The notes under the pieces were generated by a model. It saw only the letters and a program-made list of their open reading frames with translations. It searched no databases and was not told the DNA's origin. A stretch of 62,892 bases of DNA, counting the filler, from Octopus bimaculoides (lineage: Eukaryota), in NCBI RefSeq assembly GCF_001194135.2. It is 7 parts of 7 records of this genome, joined end to end, with 100 filler letters (N's around TTAATTAATTAA, not from the genome) between each part and the next. Parts side by side here need not be neighbours in the genome. Positions count along the whole stretch, not along the records: positions 1 to 15,705 come from NC_068984.1; positions 15,806 to 30,920 come from NC_069006.1; 5 more parts are not named here. The stretch is one strand, 5' to 3'. The translations under genes and the position numbers were made by a program. Shown here piece by piece: positions 11,168 to 22,504 of this stretch (position 1 is the first letter of the stretch; every line of letters starts with the position of its first letter).

Positions 11168-12493
11168 TGTTGGATATATAATTAAACGAAGCAGGGGGAA
11201 AGAAAGTATTTACACTACACAATACGATTACTATTACATGAGACTCAACCCGCTCAATCAATGGATCACAATGAACCGCTTACTAAACAATTTCTCACCG
11301 TTCTTTATTTTATAACAATGAGTCACTCCACTTTTAGTTACTCGGTGGGTGGTCGAAATCCTTTCACAACATCTCCCCTTTTTAAAATTATTCCCCCCTA
11401 ACTTCTTCCCTTTTGAGAATTAAACTCCACTTAGAATTTTAACATCTCTTACGCTTAGGGTTGAATTATAGTGTTTCCGTTCTTTTCCGGTTTCTGGTGC
11501 TAGAACGTGTAGTTTCAAATTGTTTGGGTGTTGGTATCTCAAATTTCCATGGGGATTTCATTTCTCGTGACTATTTTTCCGTGAATCTTCTTTAAAGTTG
11601 GTTTGTATGCCTTTTATATTCGACATTTTCCCCTTTTACCAGGAATAACATTCTTCCAATTTGTTTAATAATTACACCGTCTTCCCAGTTTTCATTACCA
11701 TAGCTACAGGCTTAAAAAAAAACTTTGTCACCTAACTTGATGTATTTTGAAGTATATTTGTCGTTCGCCTTTTTTCTATTTTCACTCTGAGTACACTGAA
11801 AACTTTCAATAAAATATTGTTTCATCGAAACAAATCTCTAGTTTCTTCGGCAGAATATAATTACAATAGCTTTCGTGTTCGGCCGAGGATAATCTTCTAA
11901 AAAGTAGTACTTTTTTTCGTCGACCAATTTTTACACTCTTCTTTGAATATTTCTTCGTATCTTCGAAAATATACAGAGAATCTTGTGGATTACAGCTGAA
12001 TTCTGCAATTGAGTTTGCTACGCTGTCTGGCGAGTACGAACCTGAAGTATTTTCAGACCTCTTCAACTGCTGGTTTTGTTGTTGTTGCTGTTGTGTTTGG
12101 TGTTGTTGCTATTGTAGTTGCTGCTGTAACTACTGTTGTTGCTGTTAAAACTGCACCACGGAGGCCAATAAATCTTCCATGCTAAAACGAATTTTTCTTT
12201 GGTTTCGTACCAAAAAAAAAAAAAAAAAGAAAATTCTAAACGTCCATCTCAATCTTCGAACAACTCGCGGACACTTTTGTATCCTAGTGTTGGATATTTA
12301 ATTTAACGAAGCAGGAGAGAAAGAAAATATCTGCTCGACGCAATATGATTTACTATTTCACGAGACTCCACGCTCTCAACCAACAGCTCACAGTGAGCCG
12401 CTTACTAATCAATTGATCACCGTTCTTTATTTTGTTGCAATCTTTCAGTCCACTTTTACTCACTTGGTGGGTGGTTGGAATCCTTCCACAACA
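11168..12493 (-). mobile_element. Internally deleted Gypsy-type LTR retrotransposon with two diverged ~205-bp LTRs (11168-11371 and 12288-12493)
   Basis: Direct repeats are bounded TGTTGG...CACAACA. A polypurine tract (plus-strand TCTCCCCTTTTT) abuts the left LTR. A gag-like remnant SYSPDSVANSIAEFSCNP...KKVLLFRRLSSAEHESYCNYILPKK lies at 11806-12066. Confidence 0.8.
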
Positions 12494-12667
12494 AAATTAA
12501 GCAATAAAATAAAGTACATTTTTGATTAACCTTGGATTTCACCGCGGATATACTTTCATATTTTAAAGCAAAATACAAAAATAGGGAAAGTGAAAGACTA
12601 TTAATATTTATGCTTGTGTCATTGGAATACACACACACACACTTTGTAAAGGTATATAATTTATCTT

Positions 12668-13134
12668 TTACATGTTTCAGTCATTGGACTGCCACCATGC
12701 TACGGCACCACCTTGAAAGGTTTTAGCGAACGAATCGACCTCAGTATTTATTTTTAAAGCCTGATACATATTCTATTAGACCCCATTGCCGAACCGCCAA
12801 CTTTCGGGAATGTAAACTAACCGAGCGGCAGTGAGGGAAAAAAAAACAGACACAAAAACAGACACAAAGGTTTGTGTGTGTGCGTATATATATATATATA
12901 TATATATATTGCGTGTGCGTATGTGTGTGCGCGCGCGTATGTACATGTATGCGTGTGTTTGTGTGTGCGCCGGGCTTCATCCGTTCAGTGGCCGTCTATC
13001 AAATCTATTCATAAGTCTTTGACCGACTTGTGGCAATAGTAGAAGACACCTGAAAAAGATTCCACACAGTAGTGGTGGACCTGAAAGCATGTGGTTGAGA
13101 TGCAAACTTCTTACCGCACAGCCACGCCTGTGCC
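12668..13134 (-). mobile_element. tRNA-derived SINE (abundant family 'B' here) with internal microsatellite
   Basis: Minus-strand head GGCACAGGCGTGGCTGTGCGGTAAGAAGTTTGC... and tail ...GTGCCGTAGCATGGTGGCAGTCCAATGACTGAAAC. Homologous copies occur elsewhere in the window. Confidence 0.85.
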
Positions 13135-13178
13135 TATACATGCATACCTATATACACACATATATACATTACATACAT

Positions 13179-13690
13179 GATGTTGCCCAAGTGAAAACCT
13201 CAATAAAATGTAAGCACAACAGACTTGATATAATGATTTCGGATAGGAAACTATTAGGAAATTTGCAGTTACTGTATTCAGATTACAAGACTACAAGTTC
13301 AGGTTTATACCTGTAATTATTGGGGCCCGGAATATGTAACACACTGCCTAAATACCAATCTTGAGAAATTAGACTTCTCGAAATCAGAAAGGAGAAAGCT
13401 GATTCGAAGACTACAAATCCAATCCATCACTGGAACTGTAAAAATTTGTAAAACTTGCCAGAAGCTTATCATTTAAGTATATATGAGCATATCTAGATGT
13501 GCAAGTAAATGTATGAGAAAACATACATAAAACAAAACATACAAGCCTGTATGTATACATACATACATACATACATACAAAAATACCCAGTTGTTGATGT
13601 TGAAATTTCAATGAAGGAGCCTTGGATCTGGGTTAGAAACCGGCTCTTTCTTTATTGGCAAGAAATCTTGAAATAAGACTGAATAATGAC
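13179..13690 (+). mobile_element. 5'-truncated R4/Dong-like RLE retrotransposon (endonuclease end plus 3' UTR) flanked by (CATA)n
   Basis: Reads KTSIKCKHNRLDIMI...RFIPVIIGA...LEKLDFSKSERRKLIRRLQIQSITGTVKICKT. Homologous to ~52930-53580, with an internal deletion. Confidence 0.8.
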
Positions 13691-13839
13691 ATACATGCAT
13701 ACATACATATATGCAACATTTTGTAAACAAATCTTTGGAAGCATCGAATGTGTTTTGTATTTTATAGACAAGAAAGCAAATTACGAATGCGGTGGAAACA
13801 GCAGAAAGAGTAGGTATTTTACCCTTATAAGACAGAAAA

Positions 13840-13922
13840 AGTTGTCAGCAGACAGATATGGGACTCGAACCGGTACCTCTCCGATACCGGCTGAGTACTC
13901 TACTATTTAGCTAAACTGCCCA
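13840..13922 (-). mobile_element. tRNA-like SINE head
   Basis: TAGCTAAATAGTAGAGTACT (A-box-like) and GGTTCGAGTCCC (B box). Related to 32455-32543. No intact acceptor stem. Confidence 0.6.
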
Positions 13923-14028
13923 CTAACAGCAAAATGTTGGATTCCAAAAGCTATTATTTAGCGTTTAATTTGACGGAAATTGCCAAGATACATATATGTT
14001 TTATGTGTGTATGTATGTGTGCGTGCGC

Positions 14029-14119
<91 letters not shown>

Positions 14120-14120
<1 letters not shown>

Positions 14121-15660
14121 CGATGAAAGACTGTAACCCAAACCTTGCATTTAACTTCAAGTGTGGACTGATTAAATCCGCGAAATGTGAGATCGGGTAG
14201 GAGAGAGAGAAAATCGGGAAACTGAAATCCAAGAAATTCCTGTCTAAGATCAAGGAACTGGAAGTCTTTGAAAATGATGTTTTGGTTATTATACCCCGCC
14301 TGAAAGTTCGTAAGACCTCTAACGCTATCCAACGTAATCTCACAGCAAATATCAGCAGATTAAAATCTTCTCATAGGATCCTTCTTTTTTCCGGTATGAC
14401 TAAAAACCTAGAGTAAGTAATGATACATATGTACAACGACTTAGTAGCAGCATCACACAGACTTACAAGAGGATTGACTCTCAAGCTTATGGCAGCTTTA
14501 GCTATGGAACCAAAGATATGTTTAAGCTAGGTATAACGATAGTGTAGAAATACTAACGAAGAAAAAGGCCTCTATTACGATCAAACACCAAAAGCCAAAT
14601 TTTACTCAACCTGATTAACTCTGCGAAATCCGAGACCAACAAAAAGAGTGAGATTAGGTAGGTCCACACCTGAGATTGAAGAAAAATGTTCGTCTAGAGG
14701 TAACGCAACATGTCGTTTAAACGGCCACTGTTATTCGGAGGCCCCTGTTATATGAGGCAGAGTTAACACCAATGGGCCCAAATGGTCACCCGAACATGCA
14801 GAAATATGTGGGAGCGATAGAAGGTCCATTCAGTACTGGATACAAGAATCACAAGTCCTCCTTTAATATTCTGGTGAGACGAAATGCTAGTGCCATAGAC
14901 CTGGCTACGTACGTATGGTCGTTAAAGGAAAGCACCGTGGAATACAACAAAAAGTGTAAAATCTTAGGTAAGTGGAAGGCTTACTTCAATAGCAGCAAGA
15001 AACGCTGATTATGTTTAGCCATGAAAAGAGCCATATTAAATAACTCTCAGCACCCAGACATCTATCTAAACTGCAGAAGTAGAATTTTTAGTGTTTGTCA
15101 CACGAAAGGGCGTATATGTTATGCATGCATGCCTCATCGTGACTATAACCACCGGTTCGCCACCTTCAAAACATACACAAACAAATTCACCGGCACCTAT
15201 GCACACTGACATGGGTGAATATCCACTCGCTACTCTTTTTTCCGCCTCCACCAATATAAACTCACACACATATAGTACCCCTATACATATGCTATAACTG
15301 AACTCTAAAGAAATTAATCAGACATAAACAAAACACATACAAACAACCGCCTAGGCGCTTATGACTTCTTTCGACATTCGATCAGCAACCCTATAAACTC
15401 AGAAAACGCTACATATATAGTACTACTGCATAAATTTAAAAGCCTACACTTCACTAACCCCTAAACCGAACACACGTTTCAAGAAAGCTTTTATAGCTTG
15501 GCAACACCCATTTGGTCGTTTGGTGCCAAGGGACATAACTCTTGACTTCATACTTGTTCAGTTCCTTTCGTCTTTATCTACAGCAACCACAAGGTGGGTG
15601 CATCTTTAGAATTCCAGCAAGAGAGATCTATCGCGAAACCGATTAGTAGGATCAGCCGCA
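14120..15660 (+). mobile_element. Penelope-like element with internal deletion (RT N-terminal remnant, GIY-YIG endonuclease, 3' region) between (TA)n tracts
   Basis: LIKSAKCEIG near 14170. KYVGAIEGPFSTGYKNHKSSFN...LATYVWSLKE..EYNKKCKILGKWKAY..SKKR*LCL at 14772-15030. Confidence 0.8.
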
Positions 15661-15672
15661 ATTGCACGCTTT

Positions 15673-15705
<33 letters not shown>

Positions 15706-15805
15706 NNNNNNNNNNNNNNNNNNNNNNNNNNNNNNNNNNNNNNNNNNNNTTAATTAATTAANNNNNNNNNNNNNNNNNNNNNNNNNNNNNNNNNNNNNNN
15801 NNNNN
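15706..15805. other. Assembly join: 44 N + TTAATTAATTAA + 44 N
   Basis: Identical 100-nt construct repeated six times in the window. The 12-mer places stop codons in all six frames. Confidence 0.95.
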
Positions 15806-16222
15806 TATATATATATATATATATATGTATACATACATTCTTTGCTGGTATTTTATATTTCTCTCTTTATGACAAGGTATTTGGTCCCAGATTGTGTTAG
15901 CTCATCTAAATGTTGTTGGGAAAATGGTCTCCTATATCATGGCACCATTACTGTTGTCTGTTATTTATATGTGTATGTATACTGTCTAACTCATGCCAGC
16001 ATGGAAATTGGACGTTACATGATGATGATACTGTGTAGATAGATGTAAATTGTGTATATGTACATATTTGTATATATAACCTGTGTATATGTATATTGTG
16101 TATATCTATGTATATGTGTGTATATATATGTGCATATCACACATATGTAGGTTGCATATATGTGCATATATTGTGCACATGTATACTGTGTGTATATGTA
16201 TATTGTGTACATGTGCATTTGT

Positions 16223-16291
<69 letters not shown>

Positions 16292-16455
16292 ATATATATA
16301 TATACATATGTGTATGTATATTGTGTATATGTCTGTATATTTTCTGTATATCCATTGCATACTTTTGTGTATATATGCATACACATATATTGTATACATG
16401 TGTTCTGTATATATATATGTATATTGTGTGCATATATCTACATATCCTGTGTATA

Positions 16456-16685
16456 CAGTAATCCCTTGCCATATTGTGGTTCACCTATCGCGGTTTATTC
16501 TTTAAGCTTACGTTGATTCTTCCATGGTGTTGTTTTGCATATATAATAAAATAAATATATACAAATTATAAAAATAATTTTAAAAATATACGATCCAGTA
16601 CTGACTGTTTCTACTTCACGGATTTTCACCTATCGCAGGGGGTGGGTGTTGGAACATAACACCTGCGATAGTTGAGGGATTACTG
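16456..16685. mobile_element. Tigger/pogo-like MITE with TA target duplication
   Basis: TA|CAGTAATCCCTTGCC... and ...GATAGTTGAGGGATTACTG|TA, with 11-bp perfect terminal inverted repeats. Internal CACCTATCGC copies are also present. Confidence 0.8.
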
Positions 16686-16803
16686 TAGAGTCAACCATCC
16701 ATGTGTTTCCTCCTATCACAAATGACCATTTATGGTCATTTCTCTCTCTCTCTCTCTATATATATCATTCTATCTCACTTTCTCTCTTTTCATCCCAATT
16801 CAG

Positions 16804-16926
16804 ATTTTAGTGTTGATTGGTGGGCCCTTGGTGTTCTAATGTTTGAGATGTTGGCGGGCCGGTCGCCTTTTGATGTTGTTGGTAGTGATAATCCAGATCA
16901 AAATACAGAAGATTACCTGTTTCAAT
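16804..16926 (+). CDS. aPKC: Internal exon of atypical protein kinase C (PKC iota/zeta orthologue), kinase subdomain IX region
   Basis: Acceptor ...cccaattcag| and donor |gtaagt at 16927. The exon is 123 nt, phase 1-1, and reads (D)[40 protein letters not shown]. The [12 protein letters not shown] insert is diagnostic of aPKC and matches the PRKCI exon boundaries as I know them. Confidence 0.97.
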
Positions 16927-16956
16927 GTAAGTCTACTCTTCTTTCTCTTCATTATC

Positions 16957-16957
16957 C

Positions 16958-16994
<37 letters not shown>

Positions 16995-17062
16995 CATTAT
17001 TATTAGTATTACTATCGTTATTGTTACTATCGTTATTATTATTATCGTTATTATTATTATTG
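16957..17062. repeat. (TAT)n microsatellite just downstream of the aPKC donor
   Basis: Direct reading of the sequence. Confidence 0.9.
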
Positions 17063-18542
17063 TTTTTCAATGTTGGACTTTGTTTTTATTGCATAATTTC
17101 CTTTGATAAAATTATAGAACTTCGTTGTCTTTTCCCCAATTCTGTTTCCTTGTAACGTTGTGTGTGTGTGTGTGTGTGTGTCTAATAGCTGTGTGTAGTG
17201 TGTATTTGGTGTGTGTGGGGTGTAATGGGCTCATGTGGGATGAGTGAGATGTATGTGTGAGTGCATGTGTATGAGGGTCGTAATTGTGTATGGTGTGTGT
17301 GTGTGTGTGTGTTTGTAATGTTGTTTCAAGCCTGGTGAAGCAGACCTATCCAACCGTGACCATCCTGTCTTTTTGTATACCTTGGTCTGCATTAACCATT
17401 GTGACAATCATTTTCTTTTTAAAGCATCAGAGTGTGAGTGGAGGGAGAACATGGAGGGGATTTTGTTATCCTCCCACATGGGACGAACCCGTTCATGATG
17501 GTGCCATCATAAAACAGCCATTCTATATCATAAAATCTATGCAACAACATGATCAGTCTGCTTTCATCTATGTTTCTGTGTGTGTACGTGTGCACGTACA
17601 TGTGTGTGTGTGTCATATATGTGGTTGTATTTGGTGTATATATATGTGTGCCCCGTTATCTGGCTTTGTGTGTGTCATGTGACTACATGTGCTCATGTCA
17701 CAAGTGCACATTTATGTGTGTGTTTGTGCACATGTGTGTATTCGTGTGTGTATTTGTATATGTTACATGTAAATGAATGTTGGGCAAAAGCGAAAGGCTG
17801 TAATTTTCACTCAGCTAAATGCACATACTCAGATGTGTGTGTGTGTGCATTCGTTGAAAGCCAGTGGTTTCTATCATGGTCAGCAGTATCTGTTTGAGGG
17901 CTTCGCGACCACATAAAAGAGTGGCAAATGTGAAGGAATGCTATGGGTGGGTGGGGTGGTGCAATTTTGAATTTTTAGAGGATCAGGATTTTTCTTAGAA
18001 ATGAAGTATTCAGACCAGGAACTGCATTTTTATACTAAATATATATAAAAAAAAAAAGGGTTAAAATATGAATTGAGCATTGTGCTGTCAGTGAGCAGAA
18101 AACCGGACAGTTGATGTGCCAAAGTGGAACATAGACCATTGAAGACTTTGTCTTCACTGTTCTGCAAGGAAGCAGAATTGTCTCTTCTGCTTCTCTGCAG
18201 TTGAATCCCTGCTTCTTTCATGCAGTTTCCTTTCAGGTTTTGATGTCCCTGAAGAAAAGCCTTCCTCTTCCAGGTCTTGTTGGTTTACAATAAATATCAA
18301 TGCTTTTGTGATTCGTTTTCTAGGTAGGGATTTTGGCCCTACGCAAACCCATACTTACCTCTTTGAAGAGGGGGTGACTCATTTAGTTTGGTTTCTATCC
18401 TTTGAGTTGTCCGGCATGAGAGGCCTTACCAGGAGCTTGCATTGTCCTGGCATAGCTCTGAGGGTCATTGAAGCATGCAAGCCTCCACACCACAATAAAA
18501 ACTTGATTTTGTGGTAGTTGATGTAACTGGGGTCCAATATAA

Positions 18543-18782
18543 GGGCAGCGAGCTGGCAGAATCGTTAGCACGCTGGGCGAAATGTTTAGCGGTATTTTGT
18601 CTGCCGTTACGTTCTAAGTTCAGATTCCGCCGAGGTTCACTTTGCCTTTCAACCTTTCGGGGTCGATTAAATAAGTACCAGTTACGCACTGGGGTCGAAG
18701 TAATCGACTTAATCCTTTTGTCTGTCCTTGTTTGTTCCCTCTATGTTTAGCCCCCTGTGGGCAATAAATAAATAAATAAATA
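18543..18782 (+). mobile_element. Full-length tRNA-derived SINE (family 'A' here) with (AAAT)n tail
   Basis: GGCAGCGAGCTGGCAGAATCGTTAGC head, AAGTTCAGATTCC B box, core CCTTTCGGGGTCGATTAAATAAGTACC and an AATAAAT tail. Confidence 0.9.
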
Positions 18783-19362
18783 TAAGTCCTTGCTCCCTGT
18801 AATAAATTCCCTTAAAAATTTAACGTAGGGGCCACTAATCCAGGCAAATATCTAAAAAGAAGCGCTTACTGTATGGTTTTAATAAACCCCGGAAAACAAA
18901 GAGATTCTGTTTAATTAAATTAATCTGATTTTTTGCGTTTTTTCTTCTCTTCTGCTAAGCCTGTAGTGTTGGTATCTGTAAAATACAGTTCCCTAAAAAG
19001 GGGCCGACGCTGTTGTTATAAGATTGACATCGATGACTTCGTTTTCCTGGATCTTGTTTCGTCAGGCAGTTTAGTGGAACATATTTCTTGTTTATTATTA
19101 CAAAAGCTTCTCGCTATTCCCTTTGCCCCTTTAAAATGTCTACCAGTATTATACTGCAGGTAATTTAACCCACTGTTTACTGAGCTGGGTTCTTACAGCT
19201 ATAAAATCAGACCGCAACGCCACTCATCGGCAAAGATAAAGCTCCTTTTTTCAAGTGTCATAACAGAGTTATCTCCCTGCAATTTTCCAAGGCAACGAGA
19301 GTTACCGACCTTGCAAAGAAGTTATCTCCCGTGTTTATTTTAGTCTTATTTTCAATTTTTAT

Positions 19363-21035
19363 TGCTTTTAGAATTTAACACACTCACCGGTAAAATTTCC
19401 ACACATTTCCTTCTTTATTTTCCTAAAATTTTCGTTGCGTCTTGGAACCTTTCCAATAGTTGTTGACTCTGTCCGTTATTCACACCGCGTTCTTTTTGTT
19501 TGTGTGTAGGTCATTGTGTGTATTGGTGTGCATACACATGTATGTATGTATGCATGTATGTGTATACATTTGTATGTATGTATTCTGCATATTCGTGTGT
19601 GTGTGTGTGTACCTATGTCTCATTGTGTGTACATGTCTGTGTGTGTGTGAGCATTTTGCAACTATGTACTATGTATTGTATGGATGTGTATCTCCATATA
19701 TGTCCTTGTGTGAAGTAAACTGTGTGTGTATATATAGTCATGTGTTTCAGTCTCCATTTGCGTATGTGTGCTTGTTTGTCCATATAATCTATGTACCTAT
19801 CCGTTTGTATGTCTATCTGTTGATTTTCATATCCATATGCTTACATACATGTACATATACACATATATACCTACACACACACACATACATACATCTATCA
19901 ACATAACAGCCCACTAACTATTCTACTCTAACTGNNNNNNNNNNNNNNNNNNNNNNNNNNNNNNNNNNNNNNNNNNNNNNNNNNNNNNNNNNNNNNNNNN
20001 NNNNNNNNNNNNNNNNNNNNNNNNNNNNNNNNNNNNNNNNNNNNNNNNNNNNNNNNNNNNNNNNNNNNNNNNNNNNNNNNNNNNNNNNNNNNNNNNNNNN
20101 NNNNNNNNNNNNNNNNNNNNNNNNNNNNNNNNNNNNNNNNNNNNNNNNNNNNNNNNNNNNNNNNNNNNNNNNNNNNNNNNNNNNNNNNNNNNNNNNNNNN
20201 NNNNNNNNNNNNNNNNNNNNNNNNNNNNNNNNNNNNNNNNNNNNNNNNNNNNNNNNNNNNNNNNNNNNNNNNNNNNNNNNNNNNNNNNNNNNNNNNNNNN
20301 NNNNNNNNNNNNNNNNNNNNNNNNNNNNNNNNNNNNNNNNNNNNNNNNNNNNNNNNNNNNNNNNNNNNNNNNNNNNNNNNNNNNNNNNNNNNNNNNNNNN
20401 NNNNNNNNNNNNNNNNNNNNNNNNNNNNNNNNNNNNTAGATATAATACCCTCCCATACCCACTGGTAGAGTAGAATAGTTAGTGGACTGTTATGTAGATT
20501 GATGTATGTGTGTGTGTGTGTGTAAGTATATATGTGTACATGCACATGTATGTAAGCATATGGATATGAAAGTAAACACATAGGTTATATGTAAAGACAA
20601 GCACACACACAGACACATACACAAATGGAGACCGAAACACATGACCATATACACACACACTTTACTTCAAACAAGGACACATATTGAGACACATGTCCAT
20701 ACATACAAACACAGTACATAGTTGCAAAAAGCCCCCCCCCCTGCACACACACATACACTGAGACATGCAAACACATGAATATGTAGAATACATACATACA
20801 AAAGTACACACACACATACATACATATATATATACATATGCACACACACACACACACACACACTGACCCACACACACACTGACCCACACATGCGCACAAA
20901 CAAACAAAAAATGCAGTTTGAACAACAGACAGTCAACAACTATTGAAAAGGTTGCAAGACGCAATGAAAATTTTAGAAAAATAAGGAAGGTAATAAGTGG
21001 AAATTTCATTGGTGAGTGTGTAAAATTATAAGGCA
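19363..21035. repeat. Long imperfect inverted repeat: arms ~19363-19930 and ~20466-21035 around a 502-N gap
   Basis: The reverse complement of the left arm aligns by eye along the right arm (e.g. TTCTACTCTA / TAGAGTAGAA at the inner ends, AATTTAACACACTCACCGGTAAAATTTCCAC / GTGGAAATTTCATTGGTGAGTGTGTAAAATT at the outer ends). Confidence 0.85.
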
Positions 21036-21806
21036 CTAAAGGAGAATGACTCTCTCCAGACACAACAAAATATGCTTCAACACACGAACTCACATAAAGA
21101 ATCTTGCAAACCAAATCCAAAAACGAAATTGCTTTTGTTGTTAAATTGATTTATCTGTAAAGAATATCAATAGTTTATTTTAAGCTGGATAATAACCCTC
21201 ACAGCCAAAACACCATACGAAACGGTTCAAATATGTCAAGCTTGAATTAGGTGATGCGGTATTAGGACACGAGATGATGAGAGATTATTTTTTCAAGTGA
21301 TTAACCTACATCATCCTAGCATTGTCCCTGTTGTGTTATTTCTGAAGTTCTTCACCCGAGATGAATTTAGCGTTATATTCGATCTGGTGGTGGACCTCTG
21401 TCGTTCGACTATGTTGATTCACTGACTCGCTAAATAGAATTACCCATCCCTCAATATATGAGGGACTGAGTATTCCACAGATACATGTAACCTTAATGCA
21501 ATTCTCAAGTAGAATCAGAGTGACATGAGGTACCTCATGAATATGTTCACACACGCACTTTCATATATATATATATATATGCCTGTATGTATACATATGT
21601 ATATCTATTATACTTTTACAAGGATGTTTCAGATTGTAGTCATAGTCTAATGAAGGTCATTGCCAATGTTCATCTTGTGAAAGTATAAAAAATTTGAATT
21701 CTGCTAATATGCATTGAGTAATTCTACAGTTTAATGTTAAATTGTTTTTAATAAATTTATTAAATATATATATATATGTGTGTATGTGTGTGTAAATGTA
21801 AGTATA

Positions 21807-21851
<45 letters not shown>

Positions 21852-22117
21852 TGTTTTTAGGGATGGTAATTTTTTTTTTTTTTTGCCAAATAATCACACA
21901 CTATATATTCGTTCTTCACTCATTTATTACTGTTCTTATTTTAACCGATGCCCATTGTCTGGAAATCTTTCATGACACATCTGTGACCTCGTCTTTGTGT
22001 ATCCCCCTGCTCCGCTTAGTCCATTCTGTCCAGGAAAAAAAATAGACCTTCCCGAAAAATAATACCTGTTTCAACACACAGTTTTACATCAGGATTCTTG
22101 CAACACAAATTTATAAT

Positions 22118-22150
<33 letters not shown>

Positions 22151-22377
22151 CACATACACTTCAGCAACCCTTTCTGTCATCATGTATGCTCCGCTTAGTC
22201 CATTCTGTCCAGAAAAAAATATGACTGTACTGAAACATAACAATATCTGTTTTGACCTATCGTAACTATGTCAGGAATCTTGCAACATACACACATATAT
22301 ACATACACACATATATACATACACACACTTTCATGTGTATGTGCGTGTATAAATATATGCATGTATGGGCATATATA

Positions 22378-22504
22378 CAGGTTGTCCACAAAGTCTGGGT
22401 ACATGGGTATTAACACATACTTTAAGAAATTATTATTTCTTATATTTAATTGTTTATGTTATGATTTTATTTACTCCATCTACCCAGTCTTTGTGGACAC
22501 CCTG
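22378..22504. mobile_element. Tc1/mariner-type MITE, 127 bp, TA target duplication
   Basis: TA|CAGGTTGTCCACAAAGTCTGGGTA ... TACCCAGTCTTTGTGGACACCCTG|TA: 24-bp TIRs with 2 mismatches. Confidence 0.9.

Noticed and set aside
15006-15008. TGA next to the CxxC motif of a PLE endonuclease
   Set aside because: It aligns to the variable position, probably CGA to TGA by deamination, not to a Cys.
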